A stretch of DNA of 64,000 nucleotides from the human T2T-CHM13v2.0 reference genome, Homo sapiens, in assembly GCF_009914755.1 (NCBI RefSeq), contig NC_060936.1; one strand, 5' to 3'. The notes beneath the pieces were generated by a model that worked only from the letters and a program-made list of their open reading frames with translations, was not told the DNA's origin and ran no database searches. The translations under genes and the position numbers were made by a program. This document shows, piece after piece, positions 11,061-37,721 of the stretch. The stretch's first letter is position 1; each line of letters starts with the position of its first letter.

Positions 11061-13006
11061 TTTTTTTTAAATTATTTTTGATTCAGGGGACATGTGTGCA
11101 GGTTTGTTACGTGGGTATATTGTGTAATGGTGGGGTTTGGGCTTCTAGTATACCCATCACCCAAATAGTAAACATTGTACCCAATAGGTAATTTTTCAAT
11201 CCTCACCCTCTCCTACCCTCCCCATTTTTGAAATCCCGTGTTTATTATTTCCATTGTTATGCCCATGTGTACTCATAGCTCCCACTTGTAAGTGAGAATG
11301 TGTGGTATTTGATTTTCTATTTTTGAATTATTTCACTTAGGATATGTTCTCCAGCTCCATCCATGTTGCTGCAAAGAACATGATTTTATTTTTTATGCCT
11401 GCATAGTATTCCATGGTGTATATATACCACATTTTCTTTACCCATATGATAGATACTTAGGTTGATTCCATGACCTTGCTATTGTGAATAATGCTGTAAT
11501 AAACATGAGTGATGGTGTCTTTGTGATACAATGATTTCTTTTCCTGGATAGATACATAGCAGTGAGATTGCTGGGTTGAATACGGTAGATCTATTTTCAG
11601 GTCTTTGAGAAATCTCCGTACTGTTTCTCATAGAGGTTACATTTCTAGCAACAGTGTATTAGTGTTCCCTTTTCTCTGCATCCACACTGCCATCTGTTTT
11701 TTTGACTTTTTAATAGTAGCCATTCTGATTGGTATAAGATGATGTCTCATTGTGGTTTTAATTTACATTTCTTTGATAATTCCTAATGTTGAGCATTTTT
11801 TATATACTTACTGGCCACTTGTGTGTCTTCTTTTGAGAAATGTCTGTTTATGTTTTTTGTCCACTTTTTAATGGGGTTTTTCTCCTTGTATTGTTTTCAT
11901 TCCTTGTAGATTCTGGATATCCATCCCTTGTTGGAAGCATAATTTGCAAATATTTTCTCCAGTTCTGTAGGTTTTCTGTTTACTCTGTTAATTATTTCCT
12001 TTGCTGTGCAGAAGCTTTTTAGTTTAACTAAGTCCCATTTAAGTCTATTTTAGTTTTTGTTGCATTTGCTTTTGATGTCTCAGTCATAAATTATTTGCCT
12101 AGTCCAATATCCAGAAGAGTTTTACCTAGTTTTTCTTACTAGTATTTTTATAGTTTCAGGTTTTATATTTAAGTCCTTAATCCAGAATGTGCTAATTTTT
12201 GTATATGCTGAGAGCTAAGGATCCAGTTTCATTCTCTTGGATATGGCCAGCCAGTTTCCCCAGCACCATTTATTGAACAGAATATCCTTTCCCCATTGTT
12301 TATTTTTGTCAACTTTGTCAAAAATCAGTTGGTTGTAGGTATGTGACTTTATTTCTGGGTTTTCTATTCTCTTCCATTAAAGTATATCTGTATTTTTCTA
12401 TCAGTACTGTGCTATTTTAGTTACTATAGCTTTGTAGTATAATTCGAAGTCAGGTAATGTGATGCCTCCAGATTTGTTCTTTTTGCTTAGGATTGCTTTC
12501 ATTATTTGGGCTCTTTTTTGGTTTCATATGAACTTTAGGATTGCTGTTCTAATTCTGTGAAAAATTACATTGCTAATTTCATAAGAATTGTGTTGAATCT
12601 GTAGATTTCTTTGGGTGGTATGGTATGTTGATTCTTCCAATCCAAGAGCATGGAATGTTTTTCCATTTGTTTGTGTCATCTCTAATTTATTTCATGAGTG
12701 TCTTGTAGTTCTCCTTGTAAAGATTTTCACCTCCTTTGTAAAATGTATTCCTAGATATTTTATTTTTTTTGTGGCTATCGTAAATGGGATTGAATTCTTG
12801 ATTTCATTCTCAGCCTGAATGTTATTGGTGTATAGAAATTCCACTTATTTTTGTACACTGAATTTGTATCCCAAAACTTTATTGAAATTGTTTATCAAGT
12901 CTAGGATTATTATTTTTGAGTTGTCGTTAGAGTTTTCTAGATATACAATTGTGTCATCAGTGAACAAAGATAGTATGCTTCCTGTTTTCCAATTTGGATG
13001 CCTTTT
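11061..13006 (-). mobile_element. Older 5'-truncated L1 (L1PA13-16/L1PB-like), 3' part; interrupted by a younger L1
   Basis: Antisense L1 3'UTR and decayed ORF2; the sequence resumes collinearly at 19085. Confidence 0.85.
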
Positions 13007-19084
<6,078 letters not shown>

Positions 19085-19372
19085 TGGATGCCTTTTATTT
19101 CTTTCTCTTGCTTGATCGCTCTGGCTAGGCCTTCCAGTACTGTGTTCAATAGGATTGGTGAGAGTAGACATCCTACTTTTGTTGCATTTCTTAGGGATAA
19201 TCCTTTAAACTTTTCTCCGTTTAGGATTATGTTGGCTGTGGTTTGTCATATATAGCTCTTATTATTTTGACATATGTTCCTTTGATGCCTACTTTGTTGA
19301 GGGTTTTTATCATGAAGGGATATTGGATTTTATTAAATGCTTTTCCTGCATCTGTTGAGACGATCATATGGC
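19085..19372 (-). mobile_element. Continuation of the older L1 (ORF2 RT region)
   Basis: ccttttatttctttctcttgcttgatcgctctggctagg... continues the sequence broken at 13006. Confidence 0.85.
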
Positions 19373-19534
19373 TAACAGGGCTGGGAGAAAAATATTGAAA
19401 AAAAAACTTTAAGTTTAATAAAAAAGTAGAATATTTTTACTTAAAAAACTTATAAAGGCGAAATTATTTAATTCAAACTTAATTTATTTTCCAAAAAAGT
19501 CACTAAGCTAAAGCTTTTAAAAACAGATAGCTTC

Positions 19535-19871
<337 letters not shown>

Positions 19872-20209
19872 TTATAAAGTGTCTTTATAGAGTATCGTTT
19901 ATACTTTATGAAATTGATAACTTTGGTTAATTATTTAAAAAAACTTTAGCTTAGTGACTTTTTCAAAAATAAATCAAGTTTAAATTAAATAATTTAGCCC
20001 TTATAACTGAAAATATTTCATTTTAAAATAAAACTTATAGTTAGCTTTTCATTTTTCTTCCAAATCTTCTTGTTTTTACATGTCTGTTGACATTTTGGAT
20101 ATTGGTTTGAACATTTCTAAAGTGCCACTTTTGCTAAGAATCGTGAACTCAATGTAATTACTTTCAACAAATATTTCTTGAACATTTACTATTTCTTTTG
20201 CATTTATAA

Positions 20210-20537
<328 letters not shown>

Positions 20538-22213
20538 GTCCTTTACATAGTTAATATGTAAAATTTAACATCATCTCATTTGAATACTACAGAAAGATGA
20601 GCTTATAAAAAGCAGTGCTAAATTAGGCCACAGGAAAATGCTTCCAGTTAAGGGATATGTATGACATTTCCAAGGGATAATAAAGGGTAAAGATATCTTC
20701 TGGATCCTCCCTCAATATAACATCAATATCTTCTTTGAACCTTGAAAATAATTAAATAGAGAGAAGAAAATATATAAAACCTGTGTAAATATGTGATTTT
20801 ATATAAATGAGATGTTCTTCCTAGAGGATAAGAAATATTGGAAGAGATTTTTGCCAGGAAGTTTTTTCTTACTGGAAGTGTGCCTATTTGCAGAATTAAA
20901 GAACACGATCAGAACTGGAAAGCAAATACTAATAGTGTGAGTCTTACAATGAGAAAAGAAAAAAAATTCTTACCTATGTAGAAGTCAAAATAAAAGATTT
21001 GTGATGACTATTTCATGAAGAAAACATAGCTTAAAGAATAGGCAACCTTTTTCTAACTGACATCTGAGTATTATATAATATAGGTATTTTCTGTCAATAT
21101 GTACACATTCAGATTAATTAACATGTCAATATATGCTATTGGGGATAATTAAAAATTTTTAATGTGCTGTAAGAAACTATTGCTGATAGGAAGGTGATTT
21201 AGTCAACCTAGTTCTGCTTAGATCTATTTTTATGGAGCTTGAATTTTTATTCCTGTGAATTCTCTTATTTAAGGTCTATTGGGAAGCCCTTACTCTCCGT
21301 TTCATCTCACACTTTATAAATCATTCTTGTGACCTTTACTCTGTTCAAATAAATGTTAGCCATTGCAGAATTCCAAAGGGTATTTGGCATGATACATTTG
21401 ATGTCTTCAGTGTAAGTAATGTTATAGGAAAAATCCTGTTAAGTATTTTACATGTGCTATTTCATTTAGTCCTCAGCACAATCCTATAACATAGATACAT
21501 TATTATTCCCATTTTAAAGACAAGATAAATGTTACTTACAACAGTTAAGTAAATTGCTCAAAGCTACTATCTGGGAATTGGTAGAACTACAGTTAAGCCA
21601 AGGTTATGATTCCAGTCATGGCATTTGCAAAAGCTTGAGTCTTATTCTCATTAATGACATTTTCTTTTTCTATTCTAGTCTATTGGAAGATATTATTCAA
21701 ATCAAATTTTTTTATCTTTAAAATTCTGGAATTCTTAGTTTAAATTATTAATTAAATGTACTTATCTAATTTATTTTTTTAAAACAGTTTTTTGAGTATT
21801 TGTTTGCCTGATTAGATTGTGAACTCTAAATTAAGGTACCATATACATGGTCTCTTGCATTTGTTACAGAAATAATTGTAATGTCTTTTATGTAGTGGAT
21901 ATATCAGAGAAAGACTGAGCTTTCAAAATAAACCCAACTGCAACTGGATTCTTGCTCTACCATTTATTCCTGTGTGACCTTGGGCAAAGGTATTTGACCT
22001 CTCTCAGCCAGTTTTCTCATCTATACAATTTTGACAATAATACTTTATTTGTTGATTGTATAGATATCTTCATATTTGCCTTCTTCCTTGAGAGTATTAA
22101 AAAAGTATCTTTGGCATTTATCTTATGGATAAGTCAAAGTTTTGTTTTAAATTTTAGATTCTCTTTTTTCAGGGAGTAAAATGTTTGAACACAATCCTTT
22201 TGGTCTGTTCTAG

Positions 22214-22283
22214 GTTGCTGCTGAAAACAGTGCTGGCATTGGAGTGTTTAGTGATCCATTTCTCTTCCAAACTGCAGAAAGTG
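22214..22283 (+). CDS. PTPRQ: PTPRQ exon 4 ([23 protein letters not shown])
   Basis: ttctAG| ... |gtaatt; 70 nt, phase 0-1; completes the FN3 begun in exon 3. Confidence 0.95.
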
Positions 22284-23922
22284 GTAATTTTCCTGTCATT
22301 TATTTTAAATTGACTTAGTCATGAGTTTGTCGTTTAAAATAATAAAGAACATAAATAAAAACTGACACTAAAATACATATAATTCTCAGTAGCATGGCCA
22401 CTTAATTAGTTTTAGAGTTCTTTCGGATAGCTAATTTATTCCTTAAAATATATATTATTCTTTCTGATTATAAGAACAGTAAATGTTATCTTACAAAACT
22501 TTGAAAAAACAAGAATAAAAAATGAAAATTATCCATAGACTTATCATATAAAAAATGCTTTTATCATTTTGGTGCATTTCTGGCTTGTCTATTTCCCCCA
22601 TTAATATGTATCTATATGACTATACATTAATGAAAATAAGCTTGTGCTACATATGCAAGTTTATATCCTGCCTTTTCTTTTTAACATGAAGTCATAAGCT
22701 TGTTATAACATAAGACTTTTGGAAACACGGATTTTAATGGTTATTATATTATTGGGTAACATGCAGTCATTACCAAACCAATTTAAGATACCTCCATTCT
22801 TCCAGGGGCATAGAGGAAAAATCTTGATGTCACCTGTGGCTCTTTTCTCTCACAGTACACATCTAATCTATCAGTAAATCTTACCAGCACAATCATCAAA
22901 GTGTATTCTGAATCTCACACTCATTGCTGACATCCTGTCCAACATTATTCCCAAGAATTGTTGCATTATATTTTATTTTTATTAGAATGCAGCTGTCCTG
23001 AAGTCCCTTAATTCCTACCTTATATCATTCATATAGACCTCCTTCCAAAGATCTAACTTTCTTATGTAATTTATGTGGCTATTACTTATAAATTATATTT
23101 TAGCATCCTTTTGTACAATGTAAACCTAAACTCTAGTTATTTGGCATCTTAATACTAGGCATCTTTACTATCACTTATTTTTTTTTTATCTCAGACGTTT
23201 TGTTTCATTTTGATTTCTTTCAAAAATGACTTGTCATGTTTGTTTTATATTCTGAAGGATCTTGGTGTTTTACTCTATCAGTTTTACACACTTTACCATG
23301 AGGTTAATGGGAATAATTTCCCCTAATTCTAGCTTCATATTGGTTTCAAGCCAACTCAAATAGAACTCAGATTATTATTATTATTACTCTATATAATTAA
23401 TAATTGATAGAAAAGCATAATGAAATTCTGAAGTAAGTTGATTTTGAAAATGTAAAATACAATAATTACAACCAATTGCAGGGTATCCACTTGATATTAG
23501 GCACTAGACATTTATAAACATTCCAGAAATCTGCTTTTTGGTGAAAATGGTTGTATAATTGATTCAGTTTGCTATGTTTTTCATATCTAATGAAACTACA
23601 TATTCCAAAATAGTTAAGGAAATAAGAAATTTATCCCAACTTGTTTGTATATTCACAACTATTGATTGAATTTTTTTCATACTTATTTGAAACGTTTCAT
23701 CAATGCATGTATTAGCCCAGTTATCCTAAAGTAAAGTTGACTTGCCCCAACTCCAGTTTTTTATTTTAGGCAAAGTTCAGTTAAATACATTTATAAAAAT
23801 CTTACACAAATAGATTTTATGCAGTGTATTATATATTTAATTTCATGTACCATGAAATTATATAAATGCAATTCTAAGTTTTATAACAAAGTTTTTTCCT
23901 TCCCAATCTTTCTCTTCCCCAG

Positions 23923-24122
23923 CTCCAGGAAAAGTGGTGAATCTCACAGTTGAGGCCTACAACGCTTCAGCAGTTAAGCTGATTTGGTATTTACCTCGGC
24001 AACCAAATGGCAAAATTACCAGCTTCAAGATTAGTGTCAAGCATGCCAGAAGTGGGATAGTAGTGAAAGATGTCTCAATCAGAGTAGAGGACATTTTGAC
24101 TGGGAAATTGCCAGAATGCAAT
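23923..24122 (+). CDS. PTPRQ: PTPRQ exon 5 ([14 protein letters not shown]...GKLPECN)
   Basis: cttccccAG| ... |gtaagt; 200 nt, phase 1-0. Confidence 0.96.
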
Positions 24123-25291
24123 GTAAGTATCACAGAACACTTTCTATGTCTTGAAAAATCTTAGATAAATTTAATTTTCATATTTCTAGCATCTAGATAC
24201 TATATTTTTACCAAAGTTTTATTAGTTATTTGATTACTTATGGTATCATGTTATACACAACGTTTTATTATTTGATTACTTAGGGTATCATGTAACACAA
24301 TTGGCCTCATTCAGGTAGAATACAGGAATGGTTTGAGAATTCAAGAGTGAGGGATTAAAATCATTTAGGGAATTCTGAAAAGACTTCATCAAAGGAGTAG
24401 CATTTGTGATACACCATGGAGCAAGGACAGATAGAGATTTTGTGATGGTGGCATTCCCGGTGGAGGATACTTTATAAAGCCCTGAGGTGGAAAAGTGTAA
24501 GATATAATTGGAGAAAATATTTTACTTCCATATGACAGGAGGGAAGAGTACATGTAGGGTAATAGTTGAGGTTAAATTTGCAGAGGTAGACTGTCATTGT
24601 TGTGCATATCTTTGGTAAAGAATTTGTCGTTACTCTGGTCATTGATGATAAACCTCATAATAGTAATGCTTTATTATAGAATAAGCATCGTCATTTTAAT
24701 TATATGATAAGCATAATAATGCTTTTCCTAAAATCATTTTGGTAATCTCTGTGTTACTATTAATGCAAACACAGTCAAACAGTTATTTTTGCTGTAAATA
24801 CTTTATAAAAGTCTAAAAATCTTCTTTTTCAACTTATGATATAGTTCTAATACACGCACACACCTAACGTGTGAGCTAGTGGCATACTACTACTTTTTAG
24901 TACTTATGAGAAAAAAAAGTTCATTAACAGTAAGAAAGCAGCATTTGAACATACACAAGAGTAAAATTATTTCAGCTCTTTGGCTCTTGCACTGTTAACA
25001 TGAAGCTTAAAAATTCTTACAGATGATTGTGCTGTAGTTTTACCTTTATTTTAAGCCACTTGAAATTCTATTCGTAAAGGTTAAGGTATAAGGAATACAA
25101 TAAATATGTCCTCTTCTAAAACTGCAGACATAAATGGGTACAATTAAAATCTAGCAAATTTGTCTATAACTTTTGCATGTTATGTGTGTATGTATAGCAT
25201 AAAAGAAAAAGAAATGAATTACATGTTCTTATTCTTATGTTCACCAAGAGATACAACATTATTTCTCTATTGATCTTATTTTATTTACTAG

Positions 25292-25541
25292 GAGAATAGT
25301 GAATCTTTTTTATGGAGTACAGCCAGCCCTTCTCCAACCCTTGGTAGAGTTACACCTCCATCGCGTACCACACATTCATCAAGCACGTTGACACAGAATG
25401 AGATCAGCTCTGTGTGGAAAGAGCCTATCAGTTTTGTAGTGACACACTTGAGACCTTATACAACATATCTTTTTGAAGTTTCAGCTGTTACAACTGAAGC
25501 AGGTTATATTGATAGTACGATTGTCAGAACACCAGAATCAG
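25292..25541 (+). CDS. PTPRQ: PTPRQ exon 6 ([10 protein letters not shown]...[15 protein letters not shown]...RTPES)
   Basis: tactAG| ... |gtatgg; 250 nt, phase 0-1. Confidence 0.96.
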
Positions 25542-26515
25542 GTATGGTTCACTTTTTGTAGATAAAAAGATTTAAATGATTAGAGAATAATGTTTAATTT
25601 ATGTAGATATTTAATTTTAATCTTCTTTACCTTTCAGTAACTTTTTTCCCCTAATAATATACCATAGGCATCCCATCAAGGGTTTCTTCGAATTTCTATA
25701 CTCTTTTATATTATAGCACAAAATAAGTATTTGAAAGGAGAAAGATTTGCAAAAAACAATTCTTGAGCCACTGACCGTGATCCTCATATAGCTTTTATCA
25801 TTTTATAATGTCAGCAATTTTTAGTAATCATCTTTGCCGTTCTAAATGATTTATAATCATTTACACCCTTCTCTCACTGTTATTGCCATCATCAAAAGCA
25901 GAAATACCTGCACTAGCAGAACGAGCATGTGATCAACATTTAGTTATCAGATACAAGCAGTAGCTAAAATATATACCTACTTATATCCCATTTGCACTGC
26001 AGTTTCCTCATCTGAAAAATAGAGACAGTAATAGTACCTTCCTTAGGGTGCCAGTGTTAAAATTAAATGAGAATAATTAGATATTATCATTACTACTGAA
26101 TTTTATGAGAACATATTTTTGGTAAGGTATTCATATATTTAATTATGGTACTATATCAGTATTCATGTAAATACATGTATTTATGTATTTCATATATTTA
26201 TAAAATTTAAGGGATATTGATATAGTCCCACATTACATAAGGTATTTATTATATATATAATATATATAGCTGACAGATATATCATAATATAGTATCAGGC
26301 ATTAGGTTGTAATTGCTAATTTCTGAGGTATTGAAAATTATTGGTAGGGTAATTTCACTAAAGCATGTTTTTTCTGATAAAATAGCTGTTGGCTTCTATT
26401 ATTTTTCATTTCATATAAGTTTGAAGTTTTTTTGTTCATTTAAATAACCATCTTTGAATTATACCATTTTCTTCTTACATACTCCTTACTTTTTATACAA
26501 TAAAAAAATGATTTC

Positions 26516-32662
<6,147 letters not shown>

Positions 32663-33349
32663 AAAACAATGATTTCATAAGGGTCATACAAGGTGAAATT
32701 TGCTAGACAATAATTTTGTTTTGAAAAATATTTGGAATTGTTTTATTTCAATTAAAAGAATAAACATCTAAGAAAAATAGAGTAATTTAAAATGTCATTA
32801 TTATTTTCATGTTATCAATATTACATTTGAATCCTCCAAATGTAGATTATAAATTTGTTCTTAGAATAAATACAAATATTGATACAAAAAGTAAAAATTA
32901 TTTGCTCATAATTTTGAGGGTCATTTTCTTGAAACTTCTACCTGTGTTAATAAGAGAGAAAATGTTTATCAAGCCAGATATCCAGACTTTGTTCATCCAG
33001 ACTTTGTTGAATGCAGTATATATATGCAGGTATAAATGTTTCAAGACAATGTAACATTGGCAATAAATGTATTACAATGAATATTAGAATGAAACTTGCG
33101 CAGTGCAATAGTAAACAGTATTAAATAAAATCAGTAATTGTTAAAAATAAGTTTATCTGATGATCCAGCATGTGTTATTCACAATTTTCAATTATATTCC
33201 ATTTATTCTTTTTTAAGATAAAAAAACTCTGCTTTTAAGCGCGATATTTTATTTTCCTTCTTTGCCTTTGTGTTTTATTATGTGTATTTAATAGGGTGCG
33301 CTTTCATTTTAAATATATGTTATGTATTTATTTTCTATAATTATTTTAG

Positions 33350-33478
33350 TGCCTGAAGGACCACCACAAAACTGCGTAACAGGCAACATCACAGGAAAGT
33401 CCTTTTCAATTTTATGGGACCCACCAACTATAGTAACAGGGAAATTTAGTTATAGAGTTGAATTATATGGACCATCAG
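33350..33478 (+). CDS. PTPRQ: PTPRQ exon 7 ([14 protein letters not shown]...ELYGPS)
   Basis: ttttAG| ... |gtaagc; 129 nt, phase 1-1. Confidence 0.96.
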
Positions 33479-34055
33479 GTAAGCCTTAATTGGTTTTGTG
33501 TTTGCCTTTTGGAGTGAGAATAATAAAATATGTTACCAATATCAAACTCTGTTTAAAAGTATCAGACTCTTTTTAAAAGACTCTAAGATTGAAGCAAACA
33601 ATAGGAAAGTCATAAGGAAGGGGAGGTCCTTTGATTTTTTAATTCAAAACCATAAATGAGTATAAGAATGACAAAACTATTCATGTTCCACATTTCATGT
33701 GATGCATGTGAAAAACTAGAGATAACTCCTCAAGAAAAAAGTGTTAGTGGAGATATACATCTTCAAATATTTGAACAAGAAGTCCTTGGCTTACATTCAT
33801 GAAGAACAATGGACTTTGACTATATTAAATTAGATTTCTATTCACTGCTAGGAGCCTAGTTTTTAATCATTAGAAAGAGCTCTCTAAAAATAACATGGAA
33901 AATCTCTGTATCTTCTGCTCTATTTTGCTGTGGACCTAAAACTGCTTTAAAAAAGAAAACCTATTAAAATTTTTGGGCAGCTTTATAAAGTGGCAAGTTC
34001 TCCAACTTTGTAAGCAAGCAGGACCTGGGCATCCACTTGCCAGAGATACTTTGAG

Positions 34056-34099
34056 AGGATCAAGTATTATATCATTAGGATCAAGTATTATATCATTAG
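34056..34099. repeat. Perfect 21-bp tandem duplication AGGATCAAGTATTATATCATT x2
   Basis: Direct reading. Confidence 0.9.
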
Positions 34100-34479
34100 A
34101 AGTGAATTATGTAAAGTCTAAAATTCTCTCCTGATTGAGAGCCTCTGATTCTATGAAAGAAGTTTAATTCTAACAATGATGAGATAAATAATAAAGCCAC
34201 ATATTATCATTTATTTGGGGGCATCAAAAAAGATACAGAGTTCCAACTCATTTTATTTTGCAATTTCTGTGGTATGAATCACTCATCACCATCATGAGTA
34301 ACCTTTATCTTTCATCCCTAAGTAACTTATGCTCCTAAAATTCTGAAATACTTTTACTTCCTAAAAAAAGATAATTCCCTCCACTCACCCATCCGATACA
34401 CAGAAACAGACATGGATACACAGCTACATCTTTTCTGTCTGACATTATTGTTCAATACTTGGCTGAAGTACTCTTTCAT

Positions 34480-35750
34480 TTGTAAGGCTGGCTGATAAAT
34501 CAAGTGAGAGGCATGTAGCAATAATTGCATTTAGCAACATGGGAGTGATCACATGCTTTCAGTATGGTGGAACATGTGGGGTAAATACATGATTGAATTA
34601 GTTTAAGAGTGAATGGGAGAAGATCATTGGAACAATGGGTGTAGAAATTCTTTTGAGTTTAGCTGCAAAGCAAAGCAGTGAATAGAGAGTAAGGGTAGGG
34701 ATAAGTGAAGTCAACAGGTCTCTTCAGTAAGAACATATAAAGCATGTTTGTTTGCTGATGGAAATGAGGAAAATAAGGAAAATGTTAATGATATAAGAAA
34801 AACGAGAATTACTGGAAAGGTGTCTGTGTGGGCAGAAGGTGAGATCTTTTGCTCAAATGTAGCCATTGGTTTGAGATAAGAATACAGATAATTTGTCCAT
34901 ACTAACAGATAATTTGTCCATAAGTTGTTCTTATAGGTTGTAAGGCAGAGTATATGGGTGTAGATGCTGGTAAATATATAGTTGTGTTGGTGGGAGCCTG
35001 TGGCAAATATTTTCTAACTGGTTTACCTTTTTCAGTGTAGTGGGAAGCAAGACTATTAGTTGGGAGTGAAGATAGGGCAGAAGGTATTAGAGGTCTGAGC
35101 AGAGAAGAGTAAGTGTAAAATAATCTTCTAGAAGAGTAGAGTGATTGGACCATTGACTATGTAAGTTGAGTAAGATTCCAGGCACCATGTAGGGCTCATT
35201 CAAGGTTTGGCTATGAATAAAGTGACATCAATTAATGGCTTTGTGCTGTAAATGAGCTGCCTTCAACAACAGAAGGGCGAGGGAATTGGAGGCCTGTGTA
35301 AGGCAGTGATTATAATTGAAACTGACACTGAAGATGGGTAGAGTGGAAATCAAGTGGTGAGGGGCCAAATAAAATAAAACAAAAATAAAATAGGTGATTA
35401 AATCAATGGATTGTTGATTTCAGTGGATTTAAAGAATTATCAGTTCAGAATTATAGAGGAAATGTAAAGGAAGTAAGCAAAAGTGGTTAGAAAAAAGTTG
35501 CATGAAATTGAGATTCTTAATGATACGGAGTAATTGGTGATAGTAATGTCCAAGTTATGATCTTGAGGGAGTGGCTGAAATTCTGAAAAACTAGATTATT
35601 TAAGGAAATATCTAAGTAATTTAAGGATTAAGTCTCAGGATATTAAAATCAGCACAAATTAAGATGGTAGCCTTGAACCAAAGCTAGACCATGAAAGTAA
35701 ATGAGAGTAAATGACCCTCAGGTTAGTAGATTACGACAACTGTGAGGGCT
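34480..35750 (-). mobile_element. Decayed L2 LINE fragment(s)
   Basis: Purine-rich tract with L2-like motifs (gtttaagagtgaatgggaga); extent uncertain. Confidence 0.4.
34884..34922. repeat. 21-bp period tandem duplication ACAGATAATTTGTCCATA(CTA)
   Basis: Direct reading. Confidence 0.85.
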
Positions 35751-36102
35751 AGTGGATTTCACTGGTGATACAGTATTTAAAGCTGTGGGCTTTTATAAGG
35801 AGGGAGAGAGAATAGTAAATAAAGTGGAGCAATGAGGAGCAAGGACAACACCTACCACACCTAAAGGCCTGGTTACTTGAGAGCTGTGGGGCAAAAACAG
35901 ACTGCCACCATTTGGGGTGGCTGCAGGGGAACAAAAACAGTGTTCTCAGGAAAGAGCCAGTTTGTAGTTAGAGCAAGAAGGTAAAGGAAACATTTAAAGC
36001 AAAGTCGAAGATTTAAAGTATTGTGCTGACAGACTAAGGAATTTTGTTCAGAAGCTAAACTAGAAATATTTTCTAAATATATCCTCTTATAGAAGATAAT
36101 GA

Positions 36103-36386
<284 letters not shown>

Positions 36387-36750
36387 TTATTTAGCATTTT
36401 AATTGAATAAATTTGAGTATAAAATCTGGTCACTTTTTGAACTGATAAAATTTGATGCTTCCCTTTTCAATATGTCAAAAATAACCTGGTAATTCAAAAA
36501 GGCTTTATGATTTAATAAAAGTCATTTTAAGCACTGGAACATTTTCATGTTCTTTCATTTATTTTCATTAAATTGATATCAGTGCACTACTAAGCCACAT
36601 GTTTAAAATATATGCAGTTTTGATATTATAATAACAAATTTTAGTGCATAGGTTAACACTTGAATTGTTGTCTTTGGCTCTGTACTTAAATGTGAACATG
36701 ATTGCACGCTTGATAAAAAATAATCCATAGCTATCTTCCACTTTTTGCAG

Positions 36751-36897
36751 GTCGCATTTTGGATAACAGCACAAAAGACCTCAAGTTTGCATTCACTAAC
36801 CTAACACCATTTACAATGTATGATGTCTATATTGCGGCTGAAACCAGTGCAGGGACTGGGCCCAAGTCAAATATTTCAGTATTCACTCCACCAGATG
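36751..36897 (+). CDS. PTPRQ: PTPRQ exon 8 ([26 protein letters not shown]...FTPPD)
   Basis: tttgcAG| ... |gtaaga; 147 nt, phase 1-1. Confidence 0.96.
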
Positions 36898-37667
36898 GTA
36901 AGAACATAGGGAATGAGTGAGATATTTTTGGTATGCTTATGAACTTCATGAATTGGTAAAACATGATATTAGAAGCAATTTGTTTTACATTTACTTAAAT
37001 CATGTTATTTCCTTATTAAATTACTACCTAATTCATTCTGAACATGTGTTCTCCAGAATGTTAAACTCATAGCATGCTTCATAATAAAAGGGACCCAAGA
37101 TCAGGTAAGGTTAGGAAATATCATATGTAGTATTGGCCTGTTAGAGATTCACAATAAAATTTAGCAAAACCTCAAGAAGTCATAAGGTAAACAAACACAT
37201 TTAGTATGGTTTAACTACATTTTTAAATGTGGAATCTATTTTTTCTCACAGAACTAGTATTTAGAAGAATTCCTATACTCCCAATTCTTTCAACAAAATA
37301 TGTTTATAATCAAAACGGGATTCTAAGCAAGTGAAGATTCTGAGTGGATGTATGATATAGATTTACCAGCATTTACTGAAATTATGAAAACATTATTTTT
37401 CCTCAAGAAACTTCCTTATAAGTATTCATTAAACATCATTGTTTTAGGTGAACTATACTTTAAAAAGAATGTTTCCATACTATTTCACAACATATCTTTC
37501 AGGCCCACACTGAACTTGCTAAATGTCTTAATTTCTATTTAGGGATTGTAATTATGGACAAAAATAACAGTAAATTCTTATAACACATTAACACTTGGAA
37601 AAGTTTCCAGACTTTGTTTGTGTGGAAGCTAACATACAGTAACTTATAAATGAAATGTAGACATGTA

Positions 37668-37721
37668 TACACACACACACACTCACACACACGCGCACAC
37701 ACACACACACACACACACACA
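37668..37721. repeat. Interrupted (CA)n microsatellite
   Basis: Direct reading. Confidence 0.95.
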
